NCBI RefSeq assembly: GCF_037042905.1
Contig: NC_087251.1
Span: forward strand, 37,450,001 to 37,514,000
Length of the DNA stretch: 64,000 bases
From: Lytechinus pictus
Taxonomy: Eukaryota
Reading direction: 5' to 3'
This document shows positions 15,201 through 27,200 of this stretch, one piece after another. Every line of letters starts with the position of its first letter. Position 1 is the first letter of the stretch. The notes under the pieces were generated by a model. That model was not told where the DNA came from. It did no database searches and saw nothing but the letters and a program-made list of their open reading frames with translations. The translations under genes were made by a program, and so were the position numbers.

Positions 15201-18200
15201 TATGTAATATAAAATGTATGATTTTCATTTTTTTAATGGTTCCTGATGACTTACTTTTGTTTTCTTTTCATGATAGGGTGTGAAATGATTTGTCTATTGA
15301 TATACTGATGGTACAATAAAAGTCATTTTCAATTTTGTGAGATAATTACATTTTCATTGATTTTTTACCGTTTGTATGTAGGAATGCTGCTCGCATATAA
15401 CGTCACAAATCACATAATTAAAATTCCAATAACTTTTTAATTATTTAATGGATTTTTCTCAAAACCTTCTGCAATTTTTTTTAATTATTTTTTCTGCTAT
15501 ATTTACAATAAACTTTTTATCAGGGTAAACTTCCCCTTTAATATTTTATGCAATCTACTCACCCTTCTTCCTGATTCAACATTCCTTTGAAAACAATGTG
15601 ATATTTACTCTCAACGCCATCCTTCGCCTCTGGATCCCACTTTTCTGGTTTTGGAAAATAGACACAAACTTTGTATGATTTCTCTACAGCACTGCTTATT
15701 TTTTTTTCATAATCAACTACCTGTTGATATCCATGAAATGTTTACCCGGAACCTCAATCACAAAGAGACTAATCACATTCCCATATTTAAGATTTGTTTC
15801 ATTAAAGGCCTATAAAGCTAACAATTCAATAGAATCTGTACGACACAATTTCCCTATACTTTGGAATTCCACCCCAAAGATGTAACTGACAGCCAAAAAG
15901 AGATTAAAGCAGTTTCTTTATCTCAAATATGCACAGTCAATACTTTCTTGTAAATTATCGTAATTTCTAATTTTTTGTTTCTCTTGATATGGCTTGTTTT
16001 CCTACCTTATCCTTTCTTTGCAATGTAATTTTCAAATCAATGTTGTGGGAACTGTGCTTGTAAAAGGCCTCTTGGCTTTATTTACCCAATTCCCCATTTC
16101 ATTTTCATTTTTATATGTTCGCCCGGTAATGGGTCGGGACGTATTATGATCTCACGCTCGGTGTCCGTCCGTCTGTCTGTCTGTCAACTTTTCCTTATAA
16201 ACGCGAACACTTCAGTTTAACTCAAACTAGGCTCATATAATTGGGTGTGTATGATACTAGCATGGTTCCCAGGAAGCCTATTGATTTTGAGGTCAAAAGG
16301 TCAAGGTCACAGTGACATGTTTTCATCTTACCCTTCTGCAGTCCTTTTAAATGCGTTACATTTTCCACAATGACTGGCTGGATCTACAACATTGGAGAAG
16401 CTTTAAAGTACAAGTCCACCCCAATAAAAAATTGATTTGAATAAAAAGAGAAAAATCCAACAAGCATAAAACTGAAAATTTCATCAAAATCGGATGTAAA
16501 ATAAGAAAGTTATGACATTTTAAATTTTGCTTAATTTCACAAAACAGTTATATGCACATCCTGGTTGGTATGCAAATGAGGAGACTGATGACGTCATCCA
16601 CTCACTATTTCTTTTGTATTTTATTATATGAAATATTCTATTTTTCTACTTGTTGTCAAGTGAAACAGTGATTAATTCCTCCCTGAACATGTGGAATTAG
16701 CATTGTTTAATACTATATGATTCAGTCAAGTAGGTCCCTGTGGTCAAATCTGTAAAAAATGAAATACTGCATAATTCAAACAATAAAAAACAAAAGAAAT
16801 AAGTGATGGACATCATCGACTGACTCATTTGCATGTCACCGAGTTGTGCATATCACTGTTTTGTGTAAAATAAGCAAAAATTTAAGCTGCCATAACTTTC
16901 TCATTTTACATCCGATTTTGATGAAATTTTCAGCGTTATGCTAGTTTGATTTTTCTCTATTTATTCAAATCAATATTTTGCTGGGGTGGACTTGTCCTTT
17001 AACATTGCAGTGAATAGGAATTTTCCAGTGCTCTTTTGACCATTATGGGGAGCGAAGTCGCCCCAAGGCCCAATGTCATTTTTTTCTGATACTCACGTTG
17101 CAAGAAGACAGCTTTCTGTTCAAAGGCAATGACCATGAGCTCGCTGGTAGGTGATAGAGCTATAGAGCATTCCTGCATCCATGCATCTTGATCTGGAGGA
17201 CCTGCTTCCACCTCACTTCCTTCCTAAACACAACAACACAAACAACAATTCAAACAATAAAATACAAAAGAAAGAGTGAGGGACAATCATTGACTGTCTC
17301 ATTAACTCATTTGCATGTCACCGAGTTGTGCATCACTGTTTTGTGAAAAATAAGCGAAACTTTAAAATATCATAACTTTCTTATTTTACATCCAATTTTG
17401 ATGAAATTTTCAGCGTTATGCTAGTTTGATTTTTCTCTATTTATTTAAATTAACATTTTTCTGGGGTGGACTTGACCTTTAACAAAAAAAACCTTACACA
17501 TAAAAACCATTCTTTAAGAACCTTATATGCTTACCAACAAATTCTTGGTTTCAACAAAAACCTTGTGGTAAACTAAATGCTAATAATAAGAATGATCCGC
17601 TTTTATATAGCGCTTGATACATCGGCACGACATCTCTAAGCGCTTTGGATCCTACATTGTAGCATGCCCGAACCAGTGAAAAAAATACACGGGGACGGCT
17701 TACCATTTAAAAATCATCCAAAATCCACACTCAAAATCATGAATAAGCCTTGAAAATAGCGAGGAGCGCAGTTTCAAATTCCGAAGTTGCGTCTTTTTTT
17801 CTGTACCACGTATTTCCACAAACATGGTACCAGGTATGGAAAAAAAATCAATGCGACGGTCGGGAAACAGTTGCATGCATAGGGGTCCATTATGAATACC
17901 ACCATGTGCAATTTCTAATGCACATGTTTCCCCTACAGATATCACAATTCTGTGATAAAATAATTCGAATTACACAGGAAATAAATCCCAGAGTCTAGTA
18001 ACCTATCATTGGTGAGTTGTCATTCGGCTTTGCTTTTCAAAACGGCCTATTAACATCCAAAATAACTTACCTTATTTATTAATTATAACTTAAAAATCAT
18101 TTGTTTTATTTTTCTCGGGGATGTGGTAAATATCAGACAATAAATCATCGAACAAAGCTCCATCTATTTTACAAGGCCGCCGGCAGGCGCACGCATTGGC

Positions 18201-21200
18201 GCTTGTATTAGCTAGCCAGTCTGAGCTCTGTCTCTCTGCCAGAGCTCTGGGGGACAATTCGCTCAGTAAAGGCCTCAATGATGGTGATTTTCTGTTTCAG
18301 ACAGAGTTTACCTTTCAGGTATATTATTCAAAACTTCCAATAAAGTTTGATGATTTCTTCATTGTCATGTATATTTAAGTTCTTAATGAATACATTCTCA
18401 TCAAATTTAGACTCCCTCATAGAGAAATGCAATTTTCATGGAGATCTGCGTTTTCAAAGAACTTCACGAAAAGTTAGGGTATGTGGGCCTTATTACATGT
18501 ACATGGCCGAGTACAGGGTATTGTACTGGAATAGACGGAGTAGAAATTAGATATTGAATTCATTCATATCCAAGTCCAACTCACAGTCACACACACACAC
18601 ACACACACCCACCCAAGATTCTAAGCATGAAAAAAAAACCTTAAAAAATCATACAATATTAAACAAAAAGTAATAATTCATTAATAAGTGAACAGGTATT
18701 CCTCAAAATACAAAAAAGTAGCATTCAAAAAGAGCCCCCGAAATGCAACAAGTAGCCCCCGAAAGGTAGAAATGGAGCCCCCGAAAAAAAAAAAATTCCC
18801 TGGCCCGAACACAATGTATGCACTTTCTCCACTCAATGGGGAGCATTCCAACAAGAATTGCTTGGCACACTTTATAGGTTTCGCGTCCTACCGGGTTCCC
18901 ATTTAACACCTGGGTGGAGAGTGGCAAAGTGTGGATTGACCCCTTGGGATTCGAACACACAACCCACTATTTACAAGGTGAGAGTTAGAACCACTACACC
19001 ATGACCCTTCCATCATGCTTAACAGGTGGAATGCCTCTGGCAGCCTCACCTGTATTACTATCAATTTCTGGATCACAATTCAAACTTTCAATCTGACTTT
19101 GTTCTCATGAAGATGCGTTGTAATTAAACTGAAGCTCGCTTCGGCTGATCCACCTTGAAGCCGGCTGGAGCAACCACATACATTCTGATTACAGGGATGG
19201 TCCAGGCTGGAAATATTTATATCTCAATAAATAAGAGTAAAATTCACAGAGCAAAATGCTGAAATTTGATCAAAATCTGATAACAAATAACAAAGTTATT
19301 GAATTTTAAAATTTGCATTACTCGGTGAAACAGTTATAGGCACGTCTTCATGAATATTCATTAGGTGGGCTGATGTCATATCCCCACTTGTTCTTTTGTA
19401 TTTCAATATGAAATTAGGTTTATCCAAAAAATTTCTACCAAGAACTTAAACAATTGGATTGACAACTGATTAAGTGCATTAGTTATTAATTGCTGCAACA
19501 TATTTCATCATAATGGAGACACATCATTTACACATGTATGAAAAAAATGAAACATTTATGATTTCATGTAACAGAAGAAAAAGGAAAGTGGGGATGTGAC
19601 ATCATCAGCCCACCTAATGAATATTCATGATGATGTGCATAAAACTGTTTTCACAAAATATTGATAAACTTTAAAATTCAATAACTTTATTATTTGATAT
19701 CCGATTTTGATGAAATTTTCAGCATTTTGCTCTGTGAATTTTACTTATTTATTTAGATATACATTATTCATTTTCAGCCCGGACCATCCCTTTAAGACCT
19801 ACTCAATAACCCAGGCTGCTAGTAGAAACGCAAAACAAAGGAATTATTGTAGAGGCGTCGTCTAGATGGGTTGATTCAAAGCCATGGCATGTTTTCCTTC
19901 AGCAAAAACTTTACCCATATTGTGCTGCACTCAACCCAGGCGAGGCAAATGGGTACCCGGTAGGAAAAATTTCCTCCCTACATGTAGGTAGCCAGGCTAA
20001 AGCCAGGGTAATAATAATAGTAGGGCCCGAAGGGAAAACAGTTTTCGGAACTGAAGTGGCTACATGGAGTAAATATACCATTATTATTTTTATTATTGTG
20101 TTTTTCTTATTTGTATCTGTCATCAGAGCTTCACTAAGTTGAAGACCATAAGGAGTAAATTTGATTGAGGTTGTCTTCAGAATTCCTTTAAACATTTAAA
20201 CTTTTAACGTGTTTGAAGATATATCGTAGACAAATTTTGAAAAAATATCCATCGAGATAATAAGTGGAGATCCCTCTGCATGGATCATGAAGGGTTGGAT
20301 CTCAGAATCAGAGAGATATGCACAACAAAAATGTAATATCCCTCCTTGATTGGGATAGAAGAAGACAAGATAGTAAAAGCACATATTGGTTTTCAAGTGC
20401 ATGTTAATTGCAGTGCCATCTATGAAATTTCATATTAAATATTGAATTTAAAAAAACAATGGAATAACATCAAAAATTCACATTAACAAAATATACCCAA
20501 AGCAGAATAAGTGCATAAACACTACAGGTCATGTTTTATTTTTTATAAATCATTTTGTTAAAGGAATATGTCTATTGAAGATTTAGGGTTAATAGAAGAT
20601 TAAAACAAATTAATAAATGATTAATTCTTTGAATATGAATCAATTCAGTTTCTGCACCCCATTACATTTTTCACTACAGGACATCATCATCATCACAAAT
20701 TTGAATTTGGCCAAAAAAATCATACCAGAAGCAAGAGTGCAAAACAAATCATGTATTTTTTTATAAATCGTTTTGTGTGAGGAATATTTCTTACAAGATT
20801 GAAAATATAGGGTGAAAAAAATTATAGAGATAATAAATGGTCTACTTAATTTTATGACTCAATAAAACTTCAGCTGCACTCACAGTTTTCACAAACAGGA
20901 CAACATTATCACAAATTTGACTTGAACAAAAAAAGGGAAAAAAGACAAATGAAATAAATAAGGAATTTTACAAAAAAAAATGCACATACAGCAACTGCAT
21001 TGTCATAGATAAAGCTTTAACTAAATTATAGAAAATTTGAAATATAGCACTTTATAGCAATTTCAAGAAGAAAATAATACACATACTGGAACTACATGTG
21101 GATAAAGCCACTAAACTAAAAGAGGGTGAAACTAAAATGACACTCACTTTCTGAAAAGCAACAGCATTTACTGTAGTTTTGACATTTAGACTCACACTGT

Positions 21201-24200
21201 TACTTTCTTCTCCTGACCACGACCAATCTGCATCCTCCCATCCATCTGAGGTGAGGAAAAAAACATTTCAAGACATGTTAATGGAGGAATTATTAACCAT
21301 AAAATATCAAGCATAAATGCCAGTTGTGGTAACAATCTAAAATTAGTTCAAACTCAAGAGATGATAATTTATTTCAAGTTCCTTTTTGTGAGCCCAGACT
21401 GAGCCTGGGTGAATTGGATACAAAAAAACAGTTTGAGTCATAGTTTACTGAAAAGTTAACATCTTTGCAAGAGAGAAAGAGAGAGTAGTAATGCATACAT
21501 TATATTTTATAAGTTTGTGATCTGATGATAACCTCGATCAGGGGCGGATCCAGGATTTTCCAAAAGGGGGGGGGATGTGGAGCCGTGATATGTGCAAACG
21601 CCGGGATATGTGCAAACAACGGTATATGTGCAAAATTTCGCCGGGATTTGTGCAAACAACGGAATTTGTGCAAACGCCACGCCGGAAAATGTGCAAATCT
21701 GTCAAAATGTATCAACGGCATCTGTTCAAACGTGACGACGGGATATGTGCAAATGAACAATTTTCACGGGAAAAGTGCAAACCTCCGGGATATGTGCAAA
21801 TTACTGTTTTTATCCATATTAAGGATATTTCTCATGAAATGTTTCATAACATTACTGTTAAAATGAGAAACATGCCTGCATAAGGGAGAAGCTACAGCTA
21901 GTGTCATCGGCAATGAAACGCTTTTCAGAGAGGCAGTGGGGGGGGGGGGGGCACCAGGCTTAGTGGACATTTGCTCTGGCGACAATTGCTCCGATGTAAA
22001 TTCTAAACATTAAGCGAAACATAAAAGCTAACCTCCAAAACTAAATACACCCTAATCGTAATCATGACAATATTCTGAACCAAGAACTCTATCACAATCC
22101 TAACACTAATCCTATGCCTTCTGAGATATTAATTGTCGCAATTTTCGCAGGAGTATATGTCGTGTCACCTTAAAGGAACATTTAGTACTGTTTCGAACAC
22201 TGCATGGGGCAATTATTAAAGGGGGTGGGAGAGGCAAGCATGATTTCCACTGATACTCACATTGAACTTGATCTGTTGATTTCATTTCCAGATTTCATCA
22301 GAAGTTGTCGAATTTCTTTAAAATTTAATTATAAACCCAAAATGTCTTGATTACTATGCCATTTGATATTAATTTTTTATGAATCTATGAACATTCAAAC
22401 AAGACATTGTTTCCTATCTCTTTTAACACACCCAAAGTGACGCCAGCTTGTGTAATATCAGCCACATGTGTAAAAACACTGTACCCACTAACGTATATAA
22501 AAAATATTTCCCACACAATCATGTCATACTAGCGCACTTTACCAACAAGAGGCATTAATTTCGAACTACTGTATATACCCACAAATGCGATGCACTTTAC
22601 TCTCTAAATGAAATATTTTTAGGTTGCAATTCATACACCTCGATTTTACAACGAATGTTCCATATGATATGAATGCAGGGGCTGCGATCCGGGGGGGGGG
22701 GGGCAGGGGGTTCACAGTGCCCCCACTTTTTGAAGCACTAAACAGTTTTCCCTTTTAACCCAAGAACGTTGCCCCTTTCATCTTAGAAGGACCTGTTTTA
22801 TGTGTTAAAGTGTGCCCCTTTACCTTTTTATAAATATAAGTGCACATTCTCGTATCAGATAAGTTTCCATTCCTTAAAACCGCTCTTTTCATGCCCTGTC
22901 ATTGTCCGTTTTCCTTATTTCGCGTTCTTATCCCTTCTAAAAGTGCATATTTAAATAATAAAAATCCTTTTAAATTGTTCCTCTCGCCCCTTTAACCCTA
23001 TCTTGGCCAGGGGGGCTCGGAGGCCCCCCTCCCCCCTCAACGAGTCGCGCGATATTTTCGTCGCGCAAAATTTTTTGACCGCGCTGCTCGCTGACTTTTT
23101 ACTTTCAAGTCTTCCGCACCTTTTGAGACCAATTTTGCGTCACCCGGGTACGCGGTTCCGAAGTTACGCAATGTTACGTAAGTGCATCTCAGACCAAAAA
23201 TTGCTCAAAAAACGTGATTTCGTGTACAAAGTCAATGTAAATTGTGTTTTCAACCAAAAATCATAAATGTATGATTATTTTTAGTTTTGCACGCCTAAAT
23301 GTATGTATTTTATGCTGTTTATGATCTTAGAAGAGTCCCCAACGAATTTCATTGAAAAAAACAATGAAAAACAAAAGGTCCAAAAAACAAAGAAATACAT
23401 ACATAGGAAATTGATCTGATATCACGATTTTTTCATGTACACTTGCTAAGAACATCACAAAGGGTTTCTATGCCAAAAATTAGAACATTTGGAGCTTTAT
23501 TTACGGAGTTAGAGGAAAAAGTATGATTTTGCATACTAATTACGCATAAATTAGCATAATTACGTAATAACGATTTGCATGAAATAAATTACTATACAAT
23601 TTTGTAGATTATATCCCAGACAACATGCGTGCCAATTTTCGGTGCGATCGCGCGGTCGACGGCCGAGATCTCAAGGGGGGGGGGGGGGGCCTGGGAGGCC
23701 CCCCTCCCCCGGCCATATGAATTCCAAAAATACCCCGACCTAGATAGGGTTAAGTTGCCCCTTTTCAGAGTGAAATTCTTCTTCTGTAGTGTGTATATTT
23801 TCACCTTTGATCAAGTGCCCCATATGATTATTCTGATAAATGTCCCTTCTCTTCTGGTTTGTTCAAATGTCCAATTTGCTAATATAAGGTATATGTATTT
23901 GCAATTAGCGTCCTTTCTTTTATGCAGGGGCATCTGAGCAGAGGGAGAGGGGGGGGCACTTGCCCCCTTAAGAAATGGACCTCGTTCCATGGACTCAAAA
24001 AGTTTTCAATACCAAGAAAAAGAAAAGAAGAAAAGGAAAGAAAAGTGGTGAAATATGATAGTGTTCTCTATGTCAAAATCTATCACAAATGTTTGTTTTT
24101 TTCATTAAAAGTTTCAAAATTTTGCTCGCTCGCTCGCTCGCAGCTTTAAAGAAATTTTGCCCCACACGCCATGTTTGCCCCACTCAATCATTTTGCTCAT

Positions 24201-27200
24201 TACCCTACTAGGGTACATTATGCTATTTTGTTTTTAAAAAAGTTTTTTGTTTCAAGTGCCCTTTTCTAAAAGAGGAAGTGCCCTTTTTCGCTGTGCCCTC
24301 CCCTCCCCTATCAATTTTGCTCTGCCGACCCATGCTGGTAGTCTCCTTTTCCAGACCCAATGCGACCTTCCCTACAAGATGAAGGTTATTAGTCTACTTT
24401 TTAATACTCAGTCTTGGCCATATATTCTTCCAAACAACAGGATTAACGCTATACCTGGACTAGCTAAGCGTAGTCTTTACTCAAAACCCGGTAGTTAAAA
24501 AGAGAAATAATCTTAACAATTTAAACCTCACCATCTTCTAAACCATTGCCATGTCATCAAGCATATGGATATAGAGTTATTATTTTCTCCAGACCCAGTC
24601 ATTTGAAAAAAAAAAATCAAGAATCTTCGAAACGTCAATCCCGTCATCTTCAATACTAAGAACCTGTAATGTAGCACATGGGTATACAGCGTAATCATAC
24701 AGTGGGTGTACAGTGTAGTTTTTTTAATAAATGGATATGGAGTAAAGGCTATGCTATAGGTACCCGTGCTTTGTTATACTTATAGACTATTAGTTTGGAA
24801 GATGATGGGGTCTTACTATTTAAGTTTTTTTTTAATCACCAGGTTTGGAGTAAAGACTACACTCTATATCCATTTTTTCCCCTCAGATATGAGACGGTGG
24901 GGTCGTCAAATTGAAGATCTCCTAATTTTTTTAATAACAGCGTCTGGGGTAAAGACTGTGCTCTTATATCCATGCTTTCTTACGGGGTCTTATTTTTAAA
25001 GATTATAACATAATTTTTTTTAAACGGGTCTGGAGTAAAGACTACGATATGTACCCTTGCTTTATAACGGAGTCTTAGTCTTGGGTCTTAATTCTGAAGG
25101 TTTTTTAATCAAAGGTCTGGAGAAAAGACAACGTTTTATATCCATCTTTTTCACAGGAATGAGACTGTGGGGTCTTGAAAATTTGTTTAAATAAACGGGT
25201 CTGGAGAATTGAGAATACGTTATATACACGTTCTTTATAACAGAGTCTTAGTAGTGGAAGGGGCTTAAATAGTTTTGAATTTGTTTAATCACCCGGTCTG
25301 GAGCAAAAACTACACTTTAAACCCAGTAACCACCGATAGCTCAGTTGGTAGAGCGGAGGACTGTAGATGATTGATGATTAACATTATGTCGCTGGTTCGA
25401 ATCCGGCTCGGTGGATGTGGTTTTTTTGGCGCAAATATTCACTACTGAATGACACGCGCCGTATAAGCTAAAACAACAACTTATTCGATAGGAATGAGAC
25501 GGTGAGGTATTAAATTAGATTTTTTTTATTGATACAACAAGGTCTAGGGTAAAGACTACATTCTATATTCATTTCTACAAGGTCTTAATTTGGTAAACGG
25601 TGAGGTGTTGCAGTTTTTTTTTTATTATTTTTGAATGGCTATGCTCCTTATGTATGCTTTAGTACAGGATCTTAGTTCAGAAGGATCTTCAAATGATTAA
25701 ATGACCGGGTCTGGAGCATTAACAGACTACACTCTACATCCATGTTATTCCAAACGATAGTGGGTCTTCAATTTAAGGTTGGTGCCCCCCCCCCCCCGCC
25801 GCCTCTCTGAAAAGCGTTTCATTGCCGATGTCATTGTAGCTTCTCCCTTATGCAGGCATGTTTCTCATTTTTAACAGTAATTTTATGACTGAAACATTTC
25901 ATGAGAAATAGCCTTTCTATGGATAAATGCAGTGATTTGCACATATCCCGGAGGTTTGCACTTTTCCCGTGAAAATTGTTCATTTGCACATATCCCGTCG
26001 TCACGTTTGCACAGATGCCGTTGATAAATTTTGACATATTTGCACATTTCCCGGCGTGGCGTTTGCACAAATTCCGTTGTTTGTACAAATCCCGGCGAAA
26101 TTTTGCACATATACCGTTGTTTGCACATATCCTGGCGTTTGCACATATCACGGCTCCACAGGGGTACATTTTCCCAATGAAAATTTGACAAGCAAAAAAA
26201 AGGGGGATCACACTTGAGTAGAAGATATATTTACATTACAAATTTTTATTATGGCTCTCAAAAGGGGGGGGGCATGGGCCGGCTGTGCCCCCCCCCCTGG
26301 ATCCACCACTGACCTAGATTATTTTGTCGACGAATGTACTTGAGTTTCACTCAAGTACACCAGGGGGCCGTTTCATAAAGATGTTCATAAGTTAAGAGCA
26401 ACTTTAAGAACGACTGGTGATCCTTTCTTACGCGCTAAACCATTGCCAATGAACATTTTGGTGTACACGGGTCATTTAACACAAGAAAGGATCACCAGTC
26501 ATTCTTAAAGTCGCTCGTAACTTACGAACAGCTTTATGAAACACCCACCAGGGGAGGTATTTAATTGGAAGTATTGTGCTGCAATATATGTTCAACGGAA
26601 TAAAACCATGTTTATATGTTTCCACCTAGCCCTATTTTGATTAAAATGATAATAAATTGAAACCTATAAAAATTAAAAACCACTGACACTGTGGATTGTT
26701 TTTTTTTTTTATCATTTTGTTGATTTTTTTGGTGAATAAATGAGATGAGAATAAAATAAGGTATGCTTAAATAATAAGGTGTGGGGTTAAAGTCATTTTG
26801 TTGATTTCTTTTTTAAATAAAATAAAGCACATGGGATAAAGTCGGATAAATGTTTAACAGAATAAAGCATGTATATTTCCACCTAAGTTAACCCTATTTT
26901 GATGAAAATGTTAATTGAGAATGATAAAAATTTAAAAAAATTGTTGATTTTTTCTTTTTAAAGGTCAAGTCCACCCCAGGAAAATGCTGACTTGAATAAA
27001 TAGAGAAAAATCAAACTAGCACAGTGCTAAAGATTTCATCAAAATCGGATGTAAAATAAGAAAGTTATGACATTTTAAAGTTTCACTTATTTTTCACATA
27101 ACAGTGATATGCACAACTAGGTGAGTCAGTTGATGATGTCCATCACTCACTATTTCTTTTGTTTTTTATTGTTTGAATTATACAATATTTCATTTTTTTT

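Larger units (their letters stand above)
24340..25760. repeat. Degenerate ~90-105-bp tandem array (about 3 inverted + about 10 forward units) surrounding the tRNA gene
   Basis: Recurring core CTGGAGTAAAGACTACACTCTATATCCAT at ~24738, 24845, 24944, 25030, 25118, 25201, 25297, 25544, 25711; reverse-complement cores at ~24340, 24470, 24560. Confidence 0.75.
21576..26160. mobile_element. Non-autonomous long-TIR (foldback/Ginger-like) element carrying a tRNA-Tyr gene and nested MITEs
   Basis: Near-identical ~380-bp inverted termini 21576-21955 and 25781-26160, TGT..ACA ends, inserted in a G-run (GGGA / GGGG). TIRs are built of repeated (A/T)TGTGCAAA motifs. No transposase ORF is visible. Confidence 0.75.
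21539..26311. mobile_element. Short hAT-like MITE split by a 4.6-kb insertion
   Basis: Termini CAGGGGCGGATCCAGG / CCTGGATCCACCACTG; 8-bp TSD ACCTCGAT (21531-38) vs ACCTAGAT (26312-19). Confidence 0.75.

Noticed and set aside
17660..18812. Possible TIR element with three AGCCCCCGAAA direct repeats at 18732-18785
   Set aside because: The repeats are real, but matching termini and a TSD could not be established.
21525..21883. Cys-rich ORFs ([19 protein letters not shown]...) and their mirror images at 25831-26211
   Set aside because: Products of the TGTGCAAA repeat in the TIRs; open in several frames and on both strands, with no splice or domain support.
24526..24552. ATGGCAATGG...GATG|GTGAG on the minus strand as an alternative first exon of RAB3GAP2
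   Set aside because: Contains an in-frame stop from the first ATG and is part of the inverted tandem-repeat unit; the true start at 29662 matches orthologs.
24340..25760. Regular repeat array as CRISPR-like
   Set aside because: Whole units are homologous and divergent; it is an ordinary degenerate tandem repeat.
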